A stretch of DNA of 64,000 nucleotides from an uncultured Armatimonadetes bacterium (GTDB taxonomy: Bacteria > Armatimonadota > Hebobacteria > Hebobacterales > Hebobacteraceae), in assembly GCA_963716175.1 (NCBI GenBank), contig OY970296.1:1152001-1216000 (forward strand), written 5' to 3'. Under the pieces are notes generated by a model that did no database searches, was not told the DNA's origin, and saw only the letters and a program-made list of their open reading frames with translations. This document shows positions 56,744 to 64,000 of the stretch, piece by piece. Numbering within the stretch: position 1 is the stretch's first letter; each line of letters opens with the position of its first letter. The translations under genes and the position numbers were made by a program.

Positions 56744-59700
56744 TCAGGGCAACGTCTTCAGCCCAGACAGGGCCTCGGCCAGGTCGCGGGCCCGGGCAGC
56801 CTCGGTGAAGCTGATGAAGAAGACGGACTCGCGCGTCTCCCAGGCCTCGTGGTTCACGCGCTGGCGCGCCCCGAAGAAGTAGCCGTCCGTTCCGAAGACC
56901 ACGCTCTCGGTGTTGGCATGCGGCCTGTGGCAGGCGAGCACGACGGCCTCTCCGGCCTTCGGGTTCTCCGCAATCGCCCAGCGGTCGGCCCTCATCCAGG
57001 CCCCGAACTCGCAGCGGAGGCGGGAGGCGCGCGCGTCGGCCGCGCTGCTGAGCACCGCATCCAGATGGCTGCCGCCGACCACCGGCCAGAGGTTGAAGCC
57101 GGCATCGATCCAGCCTGCGGTGCCCGTGCGGCGGGTGGCGCGAACCACCACCGCGAGAGTGCTGCTGCCGGGCGCGAGCAGATACTCGAGCACCAGCTTC
57201 TCGTTCCTGGCACGCTCCAGCTTGGGCGAGCAGGACACGCGAACCCCCTGCCAGATGACGCCCTGGCTGCCGCGCCGTCTGATCGTGCGGGGGATGAACT
57301 TCTCTTTCGCCAGGTCATCGCCTGCGGCGCCGAGGTTGGGCTCGATGCCGCCGTACCAAGGGTTCTGCCAGCCCAGGGGACGAGGCTTGGGGTAGGCCGA
57401 GCGCAGATGCTCCTCGCCGCCGCGCTGGAGCGAGATGGCACCGCCCTGGAACTGGGGCGCCACGGTGAGGGAGAGCACGCCGTTCTCGATGCGGTACAGC
57501 TCATCGCGCTCGCCAGCGCGGCTGACGCTGACTTCCGCCTCCGGGTCGCCCAGGACGATCACTGGACTGCGCTCGCGGTAGAGGGCGCGATCCAGCTCGG
57601 TGACGCAGTCAACGTAGTAGCCGCCCTCGGGCAAAGAGGCCCGCCGGCTGACGATGGCGGTCTTGGCGACGCCATGTTCTTCGTTGACGCGCTTGAACTC
57701 CAGGCGCTTCGGGCTGATGCCAATGCCATCGGGAGGGCGCAGGCGCAGCCTGCCGGTGAACTCGAGCTTGCCGACGGAGTTCACCACCAGCCTAGCGCGG
57801 GATTGCCTGCCGTGGACTACCAGTGGACTGGGCCGCAAGCCGAAGTCGAGCGCGGGGCGGGTGTCAGGCCGGGCCACCTCACGGTAGAGGCGAGGCCCGC
57901 AGAGGTTCTGCCACCAGCGGCGCACGGTGAGAAAGTCACCATCGCCGAGGAACAGGTAGAAGGGGGCGGCGGCGGCCGAGCCCCCCGGTTCGGCCGGAGG
58001 CAATAGATGGTCCACCTCGTTCCAGCCGCCGGTCTGGTGAACGCGGTGGGCCGGTTCCCACAGCAGGCCGGCCGCGCAGCCAGAGTCATCCTCCACTGCC
58101 ACCCAGGTTTCCGGCCAGCCGGCCTGCTCCTTGTTGAGCTGGTGCTCGCTGGCGGCGCGACCGGCTCCCCCCTGGAGGCCGCGCACCAGGCCCTGCGCGG
58201 TCATGACGGTCACCCAGTTGCCGCGGAGACTGGCGTACCGCTTGAGCTGGCCCTGGAAGCGGGAGGGAGAGCCGTTCAGGATGCTGTCCACGATCTCCAC
58301 CACGGGCAGGTTGGAGAGCGTGATCCGGCGCTCCAGCCAAAGGCCGGGGTGGAAGACAGACGGGGTGGTGAGGACCGCGGTGGTGCGGTCGCCTCGGCGC
58401 TCGATGCGCGCCTCGCAGGGGTTCTCGAAGAACTCGTCCCAGGCGAACGGAAGGCCGAGCTGAGGTGGCGCCACCCCGGCCGCCTGCCACAGGTTGTGGA
58501 CTTTGTCGCCGATGCTGCACCAGCCGCCCCGGCGGTTGACGAACACCTGCAGCGCGGCCGACTGCAAGATCACGTGGTCCTTCTCGACGTGCCCGATGAC
58601 CTCCCCGGGCCGGCCGAAGTGCAGGTAGAGGTCGCCCACCTTCGGCCGCCAGGTCCTGCCCTTGGCCGTCACCTCGCACTCGGCTTTCAGCGGCGCCACC
58701 CCCGACTCGGTGGCCGTCAGGGTCACCGGCATCTCAGCCGATCCCTTGCCTGGCAGGTCGAGGGTCTGGCTGGCGGGCTCGATCTTGATCCCCCCGGCCC
58801 CCCGCAAGCGCACCTTCGCCTTCACCGGACCATCCAGGCCGCTCCACCCCTGCACTAGCACCCTCTCCGGCCGGCCCGGCCGGAGCAGGTGGCCCACCCC
58901 GTCCAGGCCGAAGCTGACCGCTTGCTTGGCCTCAAAGCCGGCCTCCAGCCTGATCGGGGTTCCGTCCAAGATGATGTCAGTGCGGACGATGGGGGCCCGA
59001 GGCTCCCGCTCTTTCTCCCGGATCTCGGGGTCAACCTCGAACTGGGCTGACAGCTCGGCGTGATCCTGGACCGTGAGGATCTGCTTGTGGTCCAGCTTGA
59101 TGCCTTCGTCCGCCGAGGCCACCAGCGCGATCTCCACCGGGCGAGAGCCGTGATTCACGATCCGCCAGCGGATGCGCTGGGGCAGGCCCGCGACCAGCTT
59201 CTCATCCTCCAGCGAGCAGCCCACGAGGAACTGGCTGGTCTCGATCTCCAACAGCCCCCAGGACTGGCGGTCGTACACCATGCGGAGGCGATCGCCTGCC
59301 TCCTCCCACTCGTAGCGGTAGACCTTCACCTTGCCCCGCTTATGATCATCCGCGGTGAGAGAGAGATCGCGCTTCATCGTCCCATACCAGTCGTGCTTGC
59401 GGAAGAACTCCTGGGCCACCGGATGGCGGCGCGCGCCGGGGGTGAAGTTCTGCATCAGCACGCCCCAGGCGTGGTCGGGCGACCACATGAACCCGGATTT
59501 CTTATACAGTGGCACGGCCTTCAGATTGCCGGGCCAGGTGTGGAGGTCCACCCGAGCGATGCCCAACTCGTAGACGCGCTCGACCGCGCGCAGGAGCACG
59601 GCCTTGCCGAAGCCCTGGCCTTGGTAGTCGGGGTGCCCATTCAGGAAGGGGACGTAGGCGCGGTTGCGCTCGCCTGGCTTGGCGCTGACATCGCAGAAGG

Positions 59701-59905
59701 CGACGATCCGGTCCCCCACCTCGGCCACGAACGCGCCCAGTCGGCGCTGCTCGCGGAAGTAGGCCTGGGCCTCCTCGGGAGTCTGCGGGTCCCAGCCTCC
59801 GCCGGGCCAGCCCCGCCCGGACTCGTTCATGAAGCGGGCCAGCTTCGCCCCGTCACCTCGCCGCCAGTCAGTGACCAGATCTCGGGTCTTGATCCGCGCT
59901 GCCAT
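56744..59905 (-). CDS. Large GNAT-family acetyltransferase
   Basis: AAGGAG SD, ATG 59905; HPDYQGQGFGKA acetyl-CoA motif, LHTWPGNLKAVPLYKKSGF; long C-terminal extension. Confidence 0.85.
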   Translation of the reverse strand: MAARIKTRDLVTDWRRGDGAKLARFMNESGRGWPGGGWDPQTPEEAQAYFREQRRLGAFVAEVGDRIVAFCDVSAKPGERNRAYVPFLNGHPDYQGQGFGKAVLLRAVERVYELGIARVDLHTWPGNLKAVPLYKKSGFMWSPDHAWGVLMQNFTPGARRHPVAQEFFRKHDWYGTMKRDLSLTADDHKRGKVKVYRYEWEEAGDRLRMVYDRQSWGLLEIETSQFLVGCSLEDEKLVAGLPQRIRWRIVNHGSRPVEIALVASADEGIKLDHKQILTVQDHAELSAQFEVDPEIREKEREPRAPIVRTDIILDGTPIRLEAGFEAKQAVSFGLDGVGHLLRPGRPERVLVQGWSGLDGPVKAKVRLRGAGGIKIEPASQTLDLPGKGSAEMPVTLTATESGVAPLKAECEVTAKGRTWRPKVGDLYLHFGRPGEVIGHVEKDHVILQSAALQVFVNRRGGWCSIGDKVHNLWQAAGVAPPQLGLPFAWDEFFENPCEARIERRGDRTTAVLTTPSVFHPGLWLERRITLSNLPVVEIVDSILNGSPSRFQGQLKRYASLRGNWVTVMTAQGLVRGLQGGAGRAASEHQLNKEQAGWPETWVAVEDDSGCAAGLLWEPAHRVHQTGGWNEVDHLLPPAEPGGSAAAAPFYLFLGDGDFLTVRRWWQNLCGPRLYREVARPDTRPALDFGLRPSPLVVHGRQSRARLVVNSVGKLEFTGRLRLRPPDGIGISPKRLEFKRVNEEHGVAKTAIVSRRASLPEGGYYVDCVTELDRALYRERSPVIVLGDPEAEVSVSRAGERDELYRIENGVLSLTVAPQFQGGAISLQRGGEEHLRSAYPKPRPLGWQNPWYGGIEPNLGAAGDDLAKEKFIPRTIRRRGSQGVIWQGVRVSCSPKLERARNEKLVLEYLLAPGSSTLAVVVRATRRTGTAGWIDAGFNLWPVVGGSHLDAVLSSAADARASRLRCEFGAWMRADRWAIAENPKAGEAVVLACHRPHANTESVVFGTDGYFFGARQRVNHEAWETRESVFFISFTEAARARDLAEALSGLKTLP

Positions 59906-59959
59906 GATGGTCTCTCCTTCGTTTCGAGCGTGGGCCCCGGCAGGCCCACCCGCGATCAC

Positions 59960-59996
59960 AAAAAAGAAAACCGCGGGCAGTTCAGTCGCCCACGGC
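59960..59996 (-). terminator. Intrinsic terminator in the GNAT 5' leader
   Basis: GCCGTGGGC...GCCCGCGGT followed by TTTCTTTTTT. Confidence 0.8.
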
Positions 59997-60027
59997 TCCG
60001 GTGATCATCTGCCAATCAAGGGGTGGG

Positions 60028-60090
60028 TCAGACGCGCCGCTCCCCGGAGGGTGGGCTCTTGCTATTGCGCGATGGCAATACTGTGCTCAT
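60028..60090 (-). CDS. Putative leader peptide MSTVLPSRNSKSPPSGERRV (20 aa)
   Basis: AGGAG SD, ATG 60090, TGA 60028; between promoter and terminator. Confidence 0.65.
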   Translation of the reverse strand: MSTVLPSRNSKSPPSGERRV

Positions 60091-60131
60091 GTGGGCCTGC
60101 TCCTGGGGATGCAGCACTGGGAAGCAGGAGG

Positions 60132-60160
60132 ATGGTAACAGAAGGCCGGGGCGCCGTCAA
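60132..60160 (-). promoter_or_regulatory. sigma70-type promoter
   Basis: TTGACG-17 bp-TACCAT. Confidence 0.7.
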
Positions 60161-60215
60161 GGGGAGCAAGTGCAACGTAGGCTCTGACGGCCGGGGTGCA
60201 TCTCGGAGAGGCTCG

Positions 60216-61166
60216 TTAGCTTCCCACCAGCGTGTACCTCACCCACGCCTCCGTCTTCTCGCCAGGCGCGACGACAATGAGGCCCGCCATCTCGGCGAAG
60301 CCCTTTGGCTGGAGGTTCTGGGCGTCGGGGGCGCAGGTGAGGTTCTCCAGGCAGACGAAGGGACGGCCCTCGGGCGAGTAGCAGATCATGTGCTTCATGT
60401 TGGGTCCGGCCTCGATCTTCACCCTGATCCCTTCCCGCGGGAACGCCACCGCGGCCTCCGCCTCCGGCGGCCTGGGGTAGAACACATCATCAATGAATAG
60501 GTCGGCCAGGGAGCGGTAATCCCGCAGATCGTACGTGGTGCCGGCGACCGGGATCAGCTTGCCGGTGGGAAGCTGACTCACGTAATCATCGAGCTCCAGG
60601 CGATACTCGCAGGGCACCTTCACCAGCGCGTCGGCGCGGTCCGCCGGGATTTGCCAGAAGGGATGAATGCCGTAGCCGACGAGCGCGTTCGCCTGGCCCC
60701 GGTTCTCATAGCTGAAGGTGACCTCCAGCCCCCGCGGGATCAGATGGTAGCGAACGGCGACGCGGCCCGGGAAAGGGAAGCCTCCGTAGACCGGATGCCT
60801 GTCATCGAAGTCAAGCGTGGCGATCAGCTCGCGATCTGACTTCTGGATCGCGAACTCCTCATCCCGGATGAGCCCGTGGATGTGGATGGTCTCTCCCCGC
60901 TTGCGCTGGATGATCTCCCGGCCCTCGAAGGTGTAGCGGGACTGGCCGAGCCGGCAGGGGGAGGGGAACATGTGGAAGCAGCCGGTCATGTGGGGCTCGG
61001 CGGCGAGCAGGCGATCGGGGTCCCAGTGGATGAACTCGCGGCCGTCTACCTGGAATGAGATCAGGTTGGCGCCGAGCCGGGGCAGCACCGCGATGCGGGT
61101 GGTGTGGCCCTCGAGCGTGGTGGCGAGGGTTTCAGGCTGGAAATCGGCTTGCGTGAAGCTCCTCAT
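60216..61166 (-). CDS. Aldose 1-epimerase family protein
   Basis: LGANLIS, FPSPCRL, IHGL, FPFP, GYGIHPFW, FVCLENLT. Confidence 0.88.
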   Translation of the reverse strand: MRSFTQADFQPETLATTLEGHTTRIAVLPRLGANLISFQVDGREFIHWDPDRLLAAEPHMTGCFHMFPSPCRLGQSRYTFEGREIIQRKRGETIHIHGLIRDEEFAIQKSDRELIATLDFDDRHPVYGGFPFPGRVAVRYHLIPRGLEVTFSYENRGQANALVGYGIHPFWQIPADRADALVKVPCEYRLELDDYVSQLPTGKLIPVAGTTYDLRDYRSLADLFIDDVFYPRPPEAEAAVAFPREGIRVKIEAGPNMKHMICYSPEGRPFVCLENLTCAPDAQNLQPKGFAEMAGLIVVAPGEKTEAWVRYTLVGS

Positions 61167-61214
61167 TTCAGTCTCCAAACGAACGGCCCCACCCCTGCCT
61201 GCGGCAGGAGTAGG

Positions 61215-61985
61215 CTACTGGGTGGTCCAGCCGCCGTCAATGTAAAGCGCGCTCCCCGTCACAAACGAGCTGGCCTCGGAGGCCAGGAAAAGCGCGGCGC
61301 CCTTCAGCTCCGGCGGTTCGCCGAGCCGGCCCAAGGGGATCTGGCGCAGGAACTCGCGCAGGTAGGCGGGGTCGCTGAGAATGGGGCGGTTGATCTCGGT
61401 GCGGAAGGGCCCGGGGGCCAGGCAGTTGACGGTCACGCCATGGGGGGCAAGGTCGAGGGCCAGCGCCCGGGTCATCCCCAGCAAGCCGCCCTTGGAGGAG
61501 CAATAGGAGACGCGTTGGGGCAGCCCCACGGTGGCCAGCATGGACGCCACGTTGATGATGCGGCCCCAGCGCTGGGCCTTGAGGTACTCGGCGGCGGCGC
61601 GGCTGCACCGCATGGCGCCGGTCAGATTGGTGTCTATCACCGTCTCCCAGCTCTCGTCCTTGAGGTCGCCGATCGCCTCCCGAATGTTCACCCCGGCGTT
61701 GTTCACGAGGATGTGGAGGCCCCCCAGTTCGCTGAGGGTATTGGCCACCGCCGCCTCCACTGATTTCTGGTCGCGCACGTCGAGCGCGAAGCCGATGCAG
61801 CGGCGGCCGGTCTGCTGCGCGAGTTCGGCAGCGGAGCTGGCGGCGCGGCTCGCCTCCCGGCTGGTGAGCGCGACCGAGGCCCCGGCCTCGGCGTAGGCCT
61901 CGGCGATTACTCGGCCCAGGCCGCGGGCGCCGCCGGTGACCAACGCCACTCGCCCGTCGAGGCGGAAGAGATCGAGCACAGGCAT
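61215..61985 (-). CDS. SDR oxidoreductase (gluconate 5-dehydrogenase-like)
   Basis: TGGARGLG, NNAG, YCSSK, PLGRLG, IDGG. Confidence 0.92.
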   Translation of the reverse strand: MPVLDLFRLDGRVALVTGGARGLGRVIAEAYAEAGASVALTSREASRAASSAAELAQQTGRRCIGFALDVRDQKSVEAAVANTLSELGGLHILVNNAGVNIREAIGDLKDESWETVIDTNLTGAMRCSRAAAEYLKAQRWGRIINVASMLATVGLPQRVSYCSSKGGLLGMTRALALDLAPHGVTVNCLAPGPFRTEINRPILSDPAYLREFLRQIPLGRLGEPPELKGAALFLASEASSFVTGSALYIDGGWTTQ

Positions 61986-62081
61986 AGGATGCAGTTATCT
62001 CCCTTGGAATGCAGGTGATTCCGCTTCGACCCGTGCTAGTTGAGCCCCTGCCGCGGGCTGCGCGTCGCCCGGAGGACCGGG

Positions 62082-62202
62082 TGGCTAGGACTCGCCTGCG
62101 ACGAGGCCGCCACGGCGGCCGGCATGCAAACGGCGACATGCCCGTCCTACAGAACAGGTGGCAGGGGCAAGTCGCCCGAGGCGACTGAAGCCCCTGCCCA
62201 AC
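62082..62202. repeat. Cluster: half bulged-hairpin unit, GTAG REP and GTTG REP with 19-bp insert
   Basis: TGGCTAG..CGCCA; GGCATGC..GACATGCCCGTCCTAC; GGCAGGGGCA[AGTCGCCCGAGGCGACTGA]AGCCCCTGCCCAAC. Confidence 0.65.
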
Positions 62203-62267
62203 GAGTAGGTGCGAAGCCAGGGGATTACGCGCGTGAGACGAAGAGAAGGGCGCGGGGAGAGGTGGCG

Positions 62268-63356
62268 ATGACATCGCGGGAGAGGCTACTGGCGGCTCTG
62301 CACGGCGAGCTGCCCGACCGGCTGCCCTGGGCGCCGGAGTTCAACATCAGGTTCTGCGAGCGGATCCTGCAGGAGCTGCCGGGCGGCCCCACCGCGCCCG
62401 AGGACATCTACATCGAGGCCTGCCGCCGGATCGGGGCAGAGTGCCTGTTTCGGGTGGACGCGGTAGAGGTGCGGTATCCGAATGTGGAGATCAAGGAGGA
62501 GCGCGAGGGCGACCTGATCGTGCGCAGCTACGAGACTCCACTCGGAACCATGACCGCCCGCTCGCGCATGATTGCCGACATCGGCACAGATATGGAGTTC
62601 GAGCACATGGTGCGCGCGCTGGGCGATGTGCGCAGCTATCGGTTCATGTACGATGACGCGGCCTACCGGCCGCGCTACGAGTTCGTGCAGTCTCAGATCG
62701 CGCGAATGGGTGAGGCGGGGATGATCTCCATCTTCGGGCCGCCCACTCCCCTGCTCGACCTGATTATGTTCCAGATCAGGCTGCCCACCATCTACTTCCT
62801 GCTGCACGATCACCCCCAGGAGATGGAGGCCCTGCTGGCGACCATGCACCGCCGCAATTGCGAGTATTACGAGCTCGCCGCGGCCGGGCCCGGGGAGATA
62901 GTGCGGTCATTCGAGGATACCTCCAGCACCCTGATCTCGCCGGGCCTCTACCGGCGATATTGCCTGAGGCAGCTCCAGGACTACCGCGACATCTGCCATG
63001 AGCACGGGAAGCTGTTCGTGCCGCATATGTGCGGGCTGCTCAAGGACCTGCTGCCGGAGCTGCGGGAGACCGGGCTGGACGGCATCGAGGCGATCACGCC
63101 GCCGCTCCTCGGAGATACACCCATCGGCCTGGCGCGGGAGCAGTTGGGGCCCGACATCACGCTCATCGGTGGCCTCGACCCTACAGAGTTCGTGAACGCC
63201 ACGCCGGAGAAGACGCGGCGCATGATCCAGGATTTCGTGGGAGAGATCGGCGACGGCCGGCGGATGGTGCTGGGCCACGAGGAGATCCACATCAAGGCCA
63301 ATTTCGAGAGCGTGCGGGTGATACCCGAGCTGCTGGAGGAGTATGCGCGGTTCTGA
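62268..63356 (+). CDS. Uroporphyrinogen decarboxylase / MtaA-CmuA family protein
   Basis: MTSRERLLAALHGELPDRLP, ETPLG, LISP, HMCG, LIGGLD; GAGG SD before ATG 62268. Confidence 0.85.
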   Translation: MTSRERLLAALHGELPDRLPWAPEFNIRFCERILQELPGGPTAPEDIYIEACRRIGAECLFRVDAVEVRYPNVEIKEEREGDLIVRSYETPLGTMTARSRMIADIGTDMEFEHMVRALGDVRSYRFMYDDAAYRPRYEFVQSQIARMGEAGMISIFGPPTPLLDLIMFQIRLPTIYFLLHDHPQEMEALLATMHRRNCEYYELAAAGPGEIVRSFEDTSSTLISPGLYRRYCLRQLQDYRDICHEHGKLFVPHMCGLLKDLLPELRETGLDGIEAITPPLLGDTPIGLAREQLGPDITLIGGLDPTEFVNATPEKTRRMIQDFVGEIGDGRRMVLGHEEIHIKANFESVRVIPELLEEYARF

Positions 63357-63357
63357 C

Positions 63358-63435
63358 GGCGGGCATGCAGAGATGGCTAGGTCGCCAACGGCGACCGCCA
63401 TGGCGGCCGGAGGCCTAGCCACATGCCCGCCCTAC
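63358..63435 (-). repeat. GTAG-tagged REP carrying a bulged-hairpin dimer
   Basis: GGCGGGCATGCAGAGA[TGGCTAG..CTAGCCA]CATGCCCGCCCTAC. Confidence 0.8.
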
Positions 63436-63542
63436 AGGGGGCGGGCGTTTCCAGGCGTAGGCAGACGATGGCAGGAACCACGGGATATGGAGGCCAATAG
63501 TTGCTCATCCCGGCCTGACGGGGAACGGATGGGAGAAGAGCG

Positions 63543-64000
63543 ATGGCGGCACAGGATTTCGGGCTGATCGGGCTGGCGGTGATGGGCCAGAACTTGGTGC
63601 TGAATATCGAGGAGAAGGGCTTCTCGGTGGCGGTCTTCAATCGCACCGCGGCGCGCACGCAAGAGTTCATGGCCGGGGAGGCGAAGGGCAAGAACGTCGT
63701 CCCCACCTATTCCCTCGAGGAGTTCATGGCGGCCCTGAAGCGCCCCCGCAAGATCATGCTGATGGTGAAGGCGGGTGACCCGGTGGACGAGTTCATCGGG
63801 CACTTGCTCCCGCACCTAGAGCAGGGCGACCTGGTAATAGACGGGGGCAACTCCTTCTTCCAGGACACCATCCGCAGGAGCAAGCTGCTGGCCGAGAAGG
63901 GGATCCTGTTCATCGGCACTGGGGTCTCCGGCGGCGAGGAGGGGGCACGCCACGGCCCCAGCATCATGCCCGGAGGCCAGCGCGAGGCCTATGAGCTGGT
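63543..64000 (+). CDS. gnd: 6-phosphogluconate dehydrogenase, decarboxylating (runs off the window)
   Basis: [58 protein letters not shown]. Confidence 0.95.
   Translation, partial: MAAQDFGLIGLAVMGQNLVLNIEEKGFSVAVFNRTAARTQEFMAGEAKGKNVVPTYSLEEFMAALKRPRKIMLMVKAGDPVDEFIGHLLPHLEQGDLVIDGGNSFFQDTIRRSKLLAEKGILFIGTGVSGGEEGARHGPSIMPGGQREAYEL

Overview
High-GC bacterial chromosomal window, most consistent with Armatimonadota or a related Terrabacteria lineage (inference from DUF1559/H-X9-DG prepilin-like genes, SLH domains, SpoIVB-S55 protein and Gram-positive-type rpoBC). It holds a stand-alone rpoB-rpoC operon with large lineage-specific insertions, lysA, a DUF58/transglutaminase pair, secreted proteases, a DtxR-feoB-DtxR metal-uptake operon with operators, an alpha-2-macroglobulin, a RAYT transposase, duplicated prepilin-like genes, an MNT-HEPN module, sugar-metabolism genes and a partial gnd. 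About 14 small indels (mostly +1) break rpoB, rpoC, feoB, A2M and others; these are most likely assembly errors. The most interesting signals lie outside the ORF track: (i) a promoter-bounded structured ~70-nt RNA convergent with a DUF3800 nuclease-fold gene; (ii) three promoter/leader-peptide/hairpin attenuators, including an MMTTKAK leader before lysA; (iii) 19-57 bp palindromic mini-elements nested inside REP hairpins and inside each other, with filled and empty sites both visible; (iv) Zn-ribbon and trigger-loop insertions in RNA polymerase. No rRNA, tRNA or CRISPR array was seen. All calls come from reading the sequence by eye; no database search was run.
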